Origin: an uncultured Nitrososphaeraceae archaeon
GTDB lineage: Archaea > Thermoproteota > Nitrososphaeria > Nitrososphaerales > Nitrososphaeraceae
DNA length: 64,000 nucleotides
Assembly: GCA_963825865.1 (NCBI GenBank)
Contig: CAWGVG010000021.1
Coordinates: 128,001 to 192,000, forward strand
Direction: 5' to 3'
The position numbers were made by a program, and so were the translations under genes. Under the pieces are notes generated by a model. That model had not been told where the DNA came from. It made no database searches and was given only the letters and a program-made list of their open reading frames with translations. Below, piece by piece: positions 10,832 to 22,142 of the stretch. Within the stretch, counting starts at the first letter, position 1, and every line of letters starts with the position of its first letter.

Positions 10832-12460
10832 TTAATATAGGAATTCAAATGAAGCAATCATTTGCTCTGCAAGAGGAAGGAATTTGAGATATTTTTCTGG
10901 TTTTGAACGATACATTATATGATAAACTTTATTTCCTTTTTTTGTCACAACAACCAATGATTTTTCTCCTTTTTCGATATAAACCAATTGATAAGCAGGA
11001 ATACCTGCTGCAATAGTAGTTGGAATGGATTCAATGAGATGGAAATCAGAAGATGTTTCCTTCAGGTTTTGTATAGTAGAATCAATGAATTCTTTCAGTG
11101 TAATGTTTGGATCTCCAGTTATTCCGATGTATACGCCTTCCAAATAGGAGTCAACAGAACTTTCTTTTGGAGACAGGAATCCTACTACTCTTTGCCATGT
11201 AGCGGGATAGTCTATCTTTATGCCATATTGATCTAAAACACATTTCAGAAAAGTATTATTATTATCCGTTGTTATGTTTTGGACCTGATTCTCGATAAAT
11301 GAATGCTTTGCACTATTCTGGCTGTCGCGACCAAGTTTTGCTCCACATTGATTGCAAAAAGTAGAATTTTCTGGATTAACATTCCCGCAGTTGGAACAAC
11401 TATTACTCTTAAGTTTGGATCCACATTGATTACAAAACCTGGACTCTAGAATTATTGTAACCACATTGATTACAACTTACATATATAGTATTATTAGTTG
11501 ATACAGGTTGGGTTTGAGTAACTTGAATTTCTTCAGATTGATTAAATTTTGAGTCTGTTTGGATAGGTCCACCAATTTGCATATGGCTTTGCTGCCTTTC
11601 TTATTGATTTGACGACTGATGCTAGTCCGTGTGGGTCGCTAACTTGTCTAAATGTAATGTAGGGTTTACCATCAGCAATAAAGACGACATCTCCTATAGT
11701 CATACTAGTAGTTCTTGCATTGCCAAAACCAGATAAGTTATAGCGAGATCTAGAATAACTACCTATTGAATCTGTATTAGATGCGCCGGCTCTGGTTATT
11801 AACTACTACATCTTGAAGTCCTGGCATTAATACTACAGTCCCACTGTGCAGCTTGTAGTCATACTGAAGAACTCTATAATTTGTCAAAACTTCTATCCAG
11901 ATAACTTTCTTGTGAACAATACCCTCAGTTTTCATGTTGTGCCATATTATTTCTTCCCCTTCTGCTAAGAATGGTGTGAGAGGGTAGATGTCAACTGTCT
12001 TTATTTGACCATCATCATTTTGTAAAGTTAGTAAACGGTAGGTCCAATAGACATCATCGAATTCTTTTTGTTTTATTAATTTTATATTGTCTAAAAATTC
12101 CTGGATATATTTCTCCTCTAGATCTATTATGATCCAATAATCCAGATTATCCGTATTGAAGACTATTTTCACCATTAAATCTTCTTTCTTCTTAATCCTT
12201 CCCTTTGTCTCAGAAATTTCTTGAATATCAAGAATATTTGCTATAGGAACTATAGCATCCTGCTTACCTTTATTGTCTACTTTGAAAACTAGCTGTGCAT
12301 CCCATTCCACGGGATGAAGTTCGACTTGTTTTACTTTTTTGTTTGGTTTATGCGTTGAATCCTGAACGATCTCTATTTCATAAGATGGTATTATTAACAT
12401 ATTCGAACCTATTATAGGACGTGACAACTGTTCTGATGCAGGTCGCAGAGGTGTTATCAA
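10832..12460 (-). CDS. Multidomain protein: uncharacterised N-terminal domain, double zinc ribbon, PsbP-like domain (ORFs 11777-12460 and 10832-11464 probably one frameshifted gene)
   Basis: Shifted frame after 11777 stays open into CNQCGYNN, adjoining FCNQCG repeats; YGIKIDYPATW and EQMIASFEF PsbP-like motifs. Confidence 0.6.
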
Positions 12461-12670
12461 TTGAGGCTCAATTTCCCTTCTCTTTTATAAGATAACATAG
12501 TTTTTAACTTTTAAATTAAAGAAATTCAATCTAGTTACCTTTTCAAAAAGAGATAAAAAAGATCAGAAAATAGAAGCTTAATTTTCAATTTTATGGTCGC
12601 AATGGTTGTTTTGTATCAACATTCGACTACGAGGATAAAACGTTAAAAATACTGCCAAAGTATTAAACCT

Positions 12671-12949
12671 ATGGTATCTTTTCTTGTTGTAATCTTTTTT
12701 CTAGTGTTATCGATTACGACTATACCATCATTAACAAGAACCAGCAACTATGACACAAGTTTGTATAATAATATACCGGATAATCACCAATTTCTATCAT
12801 TAAAAAACGCTTATGGTTTTACATATACGCCCAATAATAACAACATAAATTTATCACTAGATAAATATGAACAAATTAAAACTATTCAAGATTCAGGACC
12901 TTATGTGAAAATTGTAAAAAAAGGGAGTCTGAGTTATAGAAATGAATGA
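12671..12949 (+). CDS. Hypothetical secreted protein or fragment
   Basis: Hydrophobic N-terminus. Confidence 0.35.
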   Translation: MVSFLVVIFFLVLSITTIPSLTRTSNYDTSLYNNIPDNHQFLSLKNAYGFTYTPNNNNINLSLDKYEQIKTIQDSGPYVKIVKKGSLSYRNE

Positions 12950-13202
12950 AGATGTTAATATTGAAGCGATTGCCTTGAAACAATGGCATCGAAAATATGG
13001 TCTATTTGCATTCGCAAGTATTCCAGACACGAAAATAATAATGCAGCTCCTAAAACTCTCAGAAACAGACAAACAGCGGGCCATTGAAAATCTAACAAAC
13101 TTATTCGGACAATTTAGAAAAGAGACAGGTATATCAGGCTCATTTATGAATGCTGATATGTGTAAACAAGTCGTAGAGGACTATCTAGAAAACCATTTGT
13201 AA
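12942..13202 (+). CDS. Hypothetical protein
   Basis: 86-aa ORF with protein-like composition. Confidence 0.5.
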   Translation: MNEDVNIEAIALKQWHRKYGLFAFASIPDTKIIMQLLKLSETDKQRAIENLTNLFGQFRKETGISGSFMNADMCKQVVEDYLENHL

Positions 13203-13280
13203 CAGAAAAGGATTTAGAATCATAAGCGCAAAAATACATGCATATGAGTAAGTTCAAAACCTAGCATTTTTTAACAACAG

Positions 13281-13571
13281 ATGTGTTTCAAAGATGGCGA
13301 TCACAAGTTACTGCAATTTATTCCAGAGAAGACAACCGAAGAACAGGTTACATACGAAAGCCAGCCAGACAAACCAGTTAACAGATACAAGTTCTATGTG
13401 CATGATCTAGGTAGTTCGGATTCTGCTGGTGAAATACTCGAGTGGACCACATCTGAAACAGTAGCCGCAGATATTCTAAAGTGGATAGAAAAAGGTTACT
13501 GTGCGATGCATATAACTAGAAAAGGTTCAGACTTGAAGACACGGTATGATATTGATCCGTTGATAGATTAG
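13281..13571 (+). CDS. Putative SSB-like protein (copy 2, N-terminally truncated)
   Basis: Highly similar to 8779-9198 from FKDGDH to DPLID. Confidence 0.6.
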   Translation: MCFKDGDHKLLQFIPEKTTEEQVTYESQPDKPVNRYKFYVHDLGSSDSAGEILEWTTSETVAADILKWIEKGYCAMHITRKGSDLKTRYDIDPLID

Positions 13572-14206
13572 CGAGGTCTCTCTCTTACCCGTTTTTAAAA
13601 GTAAAACTTTATTTGTTTTTATGTTTCCCACATAATGTTCCTAATTTTGGTAAAGTTATATTTTCAAACCAAAAACTACTAAAATGGCCAAATTGGCCAA
13701 ATTGGCCAAATCAAAAACCACAAAAACCTAGCACAATATAATGAAGTAATTGGACTTCATGCCCAATTGTGTAAGAATCTTTATAGCGAATGATACTATC
13801 AATTGCTAAATCAGCAAGTATACTTCATTTGATATACTAGATTGTTATATAAAATAGATATATATAGATGACACCATAATCATCGATCACGAAGATAAGT
13901 ATGAACAAAACATCAACAATTCTAGCGACAGTTGCTATCTTAGCAGCACTAACATTAGTGTTAGCAGTAGTGGCAACTACAATAGCAACAACACAATCAG
14001 CATTCGCTTCTAACCGAACGGCAATACAATAACCATTCAGAGAAACGAACAACATGCGACAGTAAGTGGACACGATAAGCATGTGGAGCAATGCTCTTTC
14101 AACGGCCATCCCTGCTAAACTAAATCGAGGTAGCGGTCCAGGACATCAACCATCACCTCTTCCATTATTTTTTAACATTGAATGATAGCAAAAGTTTTAG
14201 CTTCTT

Positions 14207-15646
14207 GTGTATAGATATAATAATGATATGATTAATGACGAAGGTAACGATGATGCTGATAATAATTCTACACCATCAGCATCATCAGAATTACCTAGAT
14301 ACAGAGGACCAGTCAAATTAGAATGGGTCGACGGGCCAGACAGCTTATACATACCAGATTTTGAAAGCAGGCAGCAAATGGAACACCTGGCCAGTTACAA
14401 GAATCTTATTCTGTAGCTAAAAATTTAGATGATAATAGTGTGATAAATGAAACAGACATCAAACAGTTTGAAAGTCTAAAATCGGATAAAGAAAAGTACT
14501 ACATGGTCAAAGGAATGATTACAGGTGTAGAAAGAGTAAATAACCCTGGTAGACATGAACTACCAAAAAGAAACTAACGAAAACGGCAATCAGCAACCAC
14601 AATTAATGATAATTAAAAATCAAAAAATTGTGAATATCCTAGGTGAGGAAGAAAGCGATCCAATTTGTGATTTCCTGAACTGCTATCACAGATTCAGCTG
14701 GCACGATGGTGGTAACAAAGAGTGTGATTGTCACCATATGCAAAATGCAATATTAGGAGTGAAGGCTTAGAATGAAACATCACCACCAACAACAGATTGT
14801 TGACGACGAATTATACTATTTGATTGTTCAACAACAACAACAGTTAGAAGAGGAACGCAGATTGGACCAGCAGGACTCTGAACTTTACTCACAACTAAAG
14901 GCAGATGAACGAGAATTAAAAGACAAAGAGGCTATAGTTAGAAAGAATCGACGGGAATATCAGAGGCTAATCACTAGATATGTTCAAAGTATAAGCAAGC
15001 AAGAAGTAAGGCATAACCGAGTATAGGAGATAACAAGAAATGACTTCTTCTAGTTCTAATACAACTCCTAATACTATGGCTTTTGATGGTGAAATGTCAT
15101 TCCCATCTGTTGAAGCGTTAGTAGAATACCATGTTAGAACCATAAAGCAAGCACTCGATAAACTGATTCAGGAAGTTGAATTATCAACTGCTGCTATTGA
15201 AAATAATATAAAGAGTAAAGAGGAGGATGTGGAAAAACAAAAATGATACACCATTTCGAAATCACATCAATTACTATAATTGTCGTTTCTCTGATTCTTA
15301 CACTGTTTGTGATTCTTTTATTCTTCTATCTGCCGTCAACAACACTCTACGCTAAAGGTTCCTCTGATTCAGAGGAAGGTTCAGACTCAAACAAAGGTTC
15401 AGACTCAAGCAGTAATAACAAAGACCAAAGGCTGGATTTCGATAATTGGTAGTAGACGACGACGACGACGACCATCACCATATCTGTGAGATACATGGTT
15501 GCAATCTACCTGCTACAGCTTTTTTTGAAGTAGCCAATCTCTGCAAACAACATCTAAACGCTGCCTTATTGGACGATATGATTAAGGTCATTAAAAGATG
15601 TGTTATACGCAAGGATGAACAATTCGGCCATTTTGGCCAATTATGA
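14207..15646 (+). CDS. Cluster of 6-7 tightly packed small hypothetical ORFs (14207, 14555, 14772, 15040, 15243, 15446), virus/plasmid-like
   Basis: Co-oriented, abutting or overlapping ORFs; Cys/His-rich, coiled-coil and membrane-anchored members. Confidence 0.5.
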
Positions 15647-15957
15647 TTGTATATATAAGGCAGACATTATTATTTGATAACTAACTGGCTAATGATGGCG
15701 TAATAGATTTGTTTCTGGTGCGTGACATTTTGTGTATCTATCTATCTACGTCAACAAAAGCCAGTTTAACTATTCAAATATATATATATTCATATATTCA
15801 TATATACACACACATACACACATACATATCTTTCTTTGAAAGTAAGTAAGCTCAATTAATTACGGTGCCTATAACACGTCTATTCGCATACATACGGTTC
15901 TGAAAGAAACTGTATAATCTTATTTATTTAGACTGGTTCTACTACTGTATTTGTCAT

Positions 15958-16524
15958 CTATTTAACCTCCAATATTTTTGCATAAGCAAGTAATGCTGCA
16001 ACTGTCTTACAGTCATTGATTTCTCCATTAATGCATTTTTTGATCGCAGTAGTTAGCCTCATACGCTTTATTGTAATATTTTCATCGCTATCCAGATTTC
16101 CTCTTCTCTTTATTTTTCTCAAATCTGTAGCAACAAACACATACATCAATTCGGTGTCATATCCTGGGGCTAGATACCATTGCAATATTGGAAATAATTT
16201 GCCTGTATAACCGATCTCTTCTCCCATTTCTCTAAGAGCTGCCTGCTCTGGCGTTTCGTCTTTTTCTATCTTACCTGCAGGTATTTCTAACATTGTTTTT
16301 CCTGCTGCATGGCGATACTGAGTTACAAAAAGTAGATGTGTATCATCAATAACGGGAATCAATCCTATAGATGGTAAATGTTCGACAACTTCCTTTTCAA
16401 TTGTCTTTCCGTCTAGCTTGAACTTATCTATTCTAAGTGAAATGTTTCCTGAATATATTTTCTTACTAAACAATAAATCTACCTTTTTCTTCCTAATTCG
16501 CGTTTCATTCTTTATAAAAATCAA
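15958..16524 (-). CDS. NUDIX hydrolase (ADP-ribose pyrophosphatase-like)
   Basis: Nudix box GKIEKDETPEQAALREMGEEIG; QYRHA. Confidence 0.92.
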   Translation of the reverse strand: MIFIKNETRIRKKKVDLLFSKKIYSGNISLRIDKFKLDGKTIEKEVVEHLPSIGLIPVIDDTHLLFVTQYRHAAGKTMLEIPAGKIEKDETPEQAALREMGEEIGYTGKLFPILQWYLAPGYDTELMYVFVATDLRKIKRRGNLDSDENITIKRMRLTTAIKKCINGEINDCKTVAALLAYAKILEVK

Positions 16525-16969
16525 AACTTAAACGTTTGTTAATTATCCCATACTAAAATAAAGACATAGCTATACTATGAGATATTTTTACAACACTAAA
16601 TAGACTTGAGTCAATCTCATAATCTGAAATTTGTCTATTACAATCTGCTCTAAAAAGCAAAATAAATAATAAAAATAGGCCGGTAAATTATCTCGATCAA
16701 TTCAGAATTGCGATTACCAGCTCATGGCTCAATAATTCCTTCGATCATTCTAAAATACCAATTAACGGAAAATTTGGCTTCAGATCATCAATTAATATTA
16801 TTACACATTTGATGAAAATCCTATTTAGCTTGTTTAGCTACTGTCACGGGTTGTCTACGAGAGAAGTTTGTGCTCATTTGATAAGGTTGAAAATCATGGA
16901 TGATGATATAAGAATGGAGATTACATCAAAAAAGTTAATTTTATATTCCGTATCGAGATTGAGGACTAC

Positions 16970-17392
16970 ATGTACTACATCGACGGTAATGCTAACATAA
17001 TTGTGCCCAAATCCGTCAGACCGATAATAGAATATGAGGAGACATACCTTGGTAGCAAGGAAGGTGCCAACAGACAATTTCGCTCAGGCACTCTGCACAT
17101 TAGAGAATATGATGAGTACTATACTGTCCATAGAGATAAAATTGACCCAAGAACCAATCCATTAGGGCATCTGTTATTAGACGCCCCCGAGTATTTGGTA
17201 GGTATTTTATCTTCAGTTTCTGTTGGAAAGCAAGTTAGTGATGCTGTCTATATTCGGAGAAAAGTAGAAGGCAGAAACCAGAGAATTGCCTTATGTGATG
17301 CAATAACGGCAGGTTATCTTGCAGGTTCGGCAGCCGGCATGGCTTCTTACATTGCGAGCAATGCCATCAACAAAATAAAGAGGAGTATATAG
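16970..17392 (+). CDS. Conserved hypothetical protein
   Basis: 140-aa ORF, LHIREY...VHRDKIDPRTNPLGHL. Confidence 0.6.
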   Translation: MYYIDGNANIIVPKSVRPIIEYEETYLGSKEGANRQFRSGTLHIREYDEYYTVHRDKIDPRTNPLGHLLLDAPEYLVGILSSVSVGKQVSDAVYIRRKVEGRNQRIALCDAITAGYLAGSAAGMASYIASNAINKIKRSI

Positions 17393-17539
17393 TGGAATTG
17401 GAAAATTCAGAACAAATTCAACAACAAATTTCTCCGGAGAATTGAACTTGGTCCTTCTTGCATCAAATTATGACAGTGGCTCTCAACACGAGCTGATATT
17501 ATGCCCCAACCATATCTCGAGGTATTGGAGAATACACTT

Positions 17540-17645
17540 TACAAGAGTATTTCCTAAACTCAATGTGGGACGCTTTACTAGGAAACCAATTTCAGTAGAC
17601 GAGCTAGCTAAGAGGATAAAGGAAGAACTAGAACAATCATCATAA
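17540..17645 (+). pseudogene. C-terminal fragment of a response-regulator receiver domain
   Basis: RVFPKLNVGRFTRKPISVDELAKRIKEEL resembles the C-terminus of 36650-37066. Confidence 0.5.
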
Positions 17646-17873
17646 GAATAAGATTTTATGCAATCACAAGAAGAAGAAGAAGACGAAATAAAACTACTGT
17701 CAATCAACTACATGATACCAGTGAGAATCCCAGTAACAATAACCTAAATCACCCTCTGTATGTCAAAATGAGAGGATAGTGATGAATCGGGCACTAATTT
17801 ATTATTTCCTATAGAATTATCTTCTTTTGCTTCAGCTCAAATCTGTTTGGTTTGATAACATTGATAACAAAGA

Positions 17874-19031
17874 TTAGGCTCGAGTAATATGACCGCTAAT
17901 TGATGTTCTAAATTCTAGTGTATTGTATTTACTTATTCCAGAGTTACTAAGATAAACTTTGTTAAAGATAGAAGTAGTTGTTTGGATTGATATTCTATAT
18001 TGAGAGACAGTAGTTATGATGCCAAATCCTACAATGTTTCCTTGAAAGCCCAATCCCACAAACATACCCACAAGTTTTTTTGGTTCTAATTGAACACTTC
18101 TTCCTAATAGTAGAAAACCACGAGCGTCAATCCGTATTCTAGAGTATGTTATTCCTCTATATACAAATTTAGCCTTTTTCAATTCTCTAATAGTAATTTT
18201 ATTTTTATCATGTTCTCGTATATATCGAATATATTGAGTTAATCTTCGCTCACTTCGTTCATTTCTAGATTTTTTCATTTTGTAAGTAGTCCTTCCGTAC
18301 AAGACAAGAGATGAAGTTTTTATCCTGAATCTATCAAATACTGGATGTTCCCCGAGACACACAATTATATCAGGCTGCAATTCTTTGGCCATCTTTATCT
18401 TGTAATCAATACCTTTGTTCAGAATATATCCATCAGTATTAATTATGCAAAGATTGCAATACGAGTGAATTTTTGTCAGAGCGCTTTTGACTGCTTTGAT
18501 AATAATATCTTCAAATCCTAACGGACTTGTGTTTCCTATAAATTCAAAAAATTGAGCATCGACCTCTCGTAGGTCTGTTATTTGTTCTGTTACAACTGCA
18601 GAGCCTATTGCATTTGGTGGTGCCAGGTCCCCTTGACCTGTATCAGCATCTATGATAGCAGGTCTATAGGCGTGTTTAAGTGCCAGATTTAGAAGATAAG
18701 TTGCAAGAGTAGATTTTCCTGTATCTGTATCGCCTATAATTAGTAATGTTCTTACTTTTTTAGCGAATATTTTTCGAATGACATCTTGCCATATTGCTGT
18801 TCCAGCATTAAAATAGTCTGTAACCCAACTTTTGCCACCTTCGCTCAATTCAATATTGATTTTGGAATCACTATTAATTTCGAATGGTAAAATCTTACCA
18901 GCAGCTACAAAAACTTTATTATTGGAAACATCTTTTCCTAATACCTGACAAGTTCCCACTAGAGTAACTTCAGCAGGTCCTCTTACTAAATGAATATAAG
19001 GAGAGGAGAAATTCTTGTATTTATTCTGCAT
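17874..19031 (-). CDS. Clp1/Grc3-family polynucleotide 5'-hydroxyl kinase
   Basis: GDTDTGKST P-loop, DADTGQGDLAPP, IINTDG. Confidence 0.88.
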   Translation of the reverse strand: MQNKYKNFSSPYIHLVRGPAEVTLVGTCQVLGKDVSNNKVFVAAGKILPFEINSDSKINIELSEGGKSWVTDYFNAGTAIWQDVIRKIFAKKVRTLLIIGDTDTGKSTLATYLLNLALKHAYRPAIIDADTGQGDLAPPNAIGSAVVTEQITDLREVDAQFFEFIGNTSPLGFEDIIIKAVKSALTKIHSYCNLCIINTDGYILNKGIDYKIKMAKELQPDIIVCLGEHPVFDRFRIKTSSLVLYGRTTYKMKKSRNERSERRLTQYIRYIREHDKNKITIRELKKAKFVYRGITYSRIRIDARGFLLLGRSVQLEPKKLVGMFVGLGFQGNIVGFGIITTVSQYRISIQTTTSIFNKVYLSNSGISKYNTLEFRTSISGHITRA

Positions 19032-19210
19032 TAGACACTATAAATATAATTTAATTTATTCTTAATGACTCTTTGGTAATCAAAATCGTTGTTTATACAG
19101 TGACATTATATATTTATAAATAAATAATTTCCTTTTTAGCTATCCCTAATGAACAATAGTTCTAGTCTCCCATTATAACAATTCTAATAAGTATGTCTTT
19201 AGCCATGTTG

Positions 19211-19430
19211 TCATTGTTTTTCCATCATCATTTCTGCTTGGATATCTTTTGTTCTTTCTTCATACAATTCCTCATACCATTTCTCTTTTTCTTTCTATTA
19301 TTCCCGGGATTCCATAAACAGCCCTATTAAAGCCAAAATAACCTAGAACAGTTTCTGCAGCATCAAGTATCATTTCTCTGTATTTATCCTTGTCGTAATA
19401 ATTCAGAGTTTTATCATTCTCCTTACTGTC
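19211..19430 (-). pseudogene. C-terminal fragment of PolB2-type family B DNA polymerase
   Basis: Reads YYDKDKYREMILDAAETVLGYFGFNRAVYG...KWYEELYEERTKDIQAEM; recognised from memory of Nitrososphaera PolB2 C-termini. Confidence 0.55.
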
Positions 19431-19610
19431 AACGACAATTCAAGAACTATCTAAAATATCAAAAAAATAAAAAAATCTAGTTAGGCTTTTTAGCCCATTT
19501 ATGGTCTGTATTAACCTATGTCAATGTGCATTGTACGTTCCCTGTAAAGGTTCCCGCTGTATTTGGATCTCTATAAGTGATTGTTACCCTGTCTCCACAA
19601 TCCCCACTTA

Positions 19611-20484
19611 GAGCCTATCCCAAAATTATCCTCCTGTAGACAATAAAACAGCAAGCTAAAGAGACGAGCGCAAGATAGTTCTCTGATTTCTTTTCATATC
19701 TTACTAATAGTTTTCTGAACCTGTTATGCCATGAATTAGTTCTTTCTACAACCCACCTCCTTGCTGAATAATATCTTGGCTTTATCAATTCTTCACCTCT
19801 GTGACGAATATGCGGCATGTATCTTCTTTTGGTAGATTCTCTTTCTATTTCTGGATAATCATATCCTTTGTCCAGACATAGGTTCTGTTTCTTTAAAGGT
19901 CTTTCAACTATCACATTATCCAGTGTATCTGTTGCAGCCTTCATGTCATGTGTATTTGCAGATGTAATAATAACAGATACTGGAATACCACGCTGGTCTG
20001 TTAATACATGGCGCTTAGTTCCTATCTTACCTCTGTCAGTAGGATTAGGACCTGTCATTTCCCCCCTAAAGGTGCCTTCACAGATACACTATCAAGCGAT
20101 TGCCACGTCCATCTAATACCTTTGATATCATCATAAACTTCCAGTAGTCTTACCCACAATTTTTGAAATACTTCAGATACTGTCCACTCTTGGAATCGCC
20201 TATGGCATGTTGAACCGGAACCATACTCTTTTGGCAGCATCTTCCATTGGCAGCCAGTTCTTAAGATGTAAACAATGCCATTGAGTACTTTTCTAAAAGG
20301 AACAACAGGACGTCCTATAGTTTTATTTGGTTTTTCAGACGGAAGTAATAGTTTGATCTCTTCCCACAAATCATCTGGAACAATTCTTATAGTCTGAAGA
20401 TGCTTCTTTCTTTTATAATCATAAACCACATGAATAAGGAGAATACCTTCAAGCTATATGCCTATCTATTTTTGGGATAAGCTC
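19611..20484 (-). mobile_element. IS5-family (IS427/IS1031-like) element, complete; two-ORF transposase 20055-20429 plus 19615-20058
   Basis: TIR GAGCC/TTATCCCAAAA at both ends, TTA duplication (19608-19610, 20485-20487); RTGCQWKMLP and LDKGYD motifs. Confidence 0.93.
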
Positions 20485-20789
20485 TTATTGATGAGCAACA
20501 GGCAGGTTGCCTTGATTATCTGCACATACCGCTAGATTTACATCGCTTAAAGTATACGTGTTTCCATCTGTAGTTCCATCTGTAATAGTACTTGACGGAG
20601 GAAACCCGTGTTGGTTGAGATAGTATAGGTTCCACTACGTGTTCCATTGGGTTGTGCCGAGAAGTCTATAGAAATCGTAAGACCAGGTGGCACCGGCGGG
20701 TTACACACAAATGATGCGCTACTCCCTGTTCCAGTTCCTGTAATGGTAGGTATTTTTAGTTAGCAAGGTACTACCTTCCAACGCCTCCT

Positions 20790-21382
20790 ATGAAGGAACT
20801 CTGAGGGCTTGCGAGTGTAGCTTAAGACGGCTGAAAACAGACTGGCTTGACCTGTACTTGCTTCACTGGCCCGGCAGCTATCCATCAGTGAGACAATGCG
20901 TGCTATGGAGAAGCTCGTGGCCGAAGGTCTAGTGCGATTCATCGGTGTCAGCAACTTCGACGTGGAAGAACTAAAAGAGGGGGAACGGGCACTCAAAAAT
21001 GAGCGAATGACATGCAATCAGATATTATATCATCTGGGAGATCGCGGAATCGAGCGACGCCTGCTGCCGTATTGCACCCAGAGGGGAATCGCTGTGGTGG
21101 GATACGCACCGTTCGGGCACGGGAATTTTCCGCCGCCACAGAGTGCTGGAGGACGAGGTACTGGCCGAGATTGCCGAGCGATACAATCGCACTTCCAGAC
21201 AGGTGGCACTTAATTTTCTGATGCGCCATCCTGGAATCTTCACTATTCCGAAAGCCAGTCGTCCAGAGCGGGTGAGAGAGAACAGCGGCGGCATGGGTTG
21301 GAAGATGACCAAGGAAGATTTTGCGGCTATCGACCGCACCTTTCCGGCACCAGACCATGATATACCTCTCGGCATGATTTAA
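20790..21382 (+). pseudogene. Aldo/keto reductase, 5'-truncated and frameshifted, GC-rich
   Basis: [35 protein letters not shown]. Confidence 0.8.
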
Positions 21383-21429
21383 ACAGAAGTCGAGACGATG
21401 GAGAGGCGAGGTAAAAAAAATACGGAGTT

Positions 21430-21666
21430 ATGACGATAGGCAATATCCATTATGACTTTCGTATGCTGAAGATATCCACAGATATTCTCCATCCACAAAC
21501 ATCTACCGAGGAAGCTTGCCGCAAGGACTTCGACCTTCTCAATGGTGAGCGGCTGTGCGAAAAGATCAGAAGCTTTTGCCGTCAGTGCCGGAGCGACGCG
21601 GACCAAGAGATGTGCTGCGCAGACCGGCTTTGTCTGGAAGACATCGAAAATGCCGAATGTCAATAA
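21430..21666 (+). CDS. Small Cys-rich hypothetical protein, GC-rich
   Basis: 78-aa ORF in the same GC-rich patch as the AKR. Confidence 0.4.
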   Translation: MTIGNIHYDFRMLKISTDILHPQTSTEEACRKDFDLLNGERLCEKIRSFCRQCRSDADQEMCCADRLCLEDIENAECQ

Positions 21667-22142
21667 TCATAGGCGGATCGCAAACCATTAACATCAATGA
21701 TGAATTTCATCACTTTTTAACGATTTTTTGTCAAAGTTTTATAAAGTAAAAAAAAGATTGATGTGTATACTTGCGCGAATCTATGTACAAATTTGTTTCG
21801 AAAAAGTTTTCAAAAGGCCACCTTAGGTGACGTGGGTGGTGATAAAATTTCAAAAACGTACAATCTTACTAGCGATAAAACTCGCCTTAACAATGATGTA
21901 ATGAAATTTGGATAGACAGCCGTTTAATAAACATAAAAGAAGGTAAATACAATTCATATAGCATTTTGTCAGAATTTACTGCATACTTACAGGATCCCAA
22001 TTATAATAAGAGTGTGAATTGAAAAAAGTAGATTTTTGTATATAAGATAGAGACTTTCTATTTTCATAATCTACCTGCGGAAACAAAGGTGGTATGAAAT
22101 TATTTGTATTCCTAATGTTTAATGCGTTTTAAACAGCCATAT

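Larger units (their letters stand above)
3950..15880. mobile_element. Integrated plasmid/provirus-like element (integrase, RHH, MCM, SSB-like genes, small ORFs); ends approximate
   Basis: Cluster of mobile-element genes between housekeeping phhB and NUDIX genes; only a weak 17/23 direct repeat (3951-3973 vs 15861-15883) at the edges. Confidence 0.7.

Noticed and set aside
15778-15830. (TA)n/(CA)n and other microsatellites (3497-3530, 5510-5530, 33855, 47755, 49808-49846)
   Set aside because: Low-complexity slippage typical of this sequence; no evidence of function
3951-15883. TACAGTTACTATAGCGGGTCTAT vs TACGGTGCCTATAACACGTCTAT as attL/attR of island 1
   Set aside because: Only 17/23 identity; position is suggestive but not enough to call att sites
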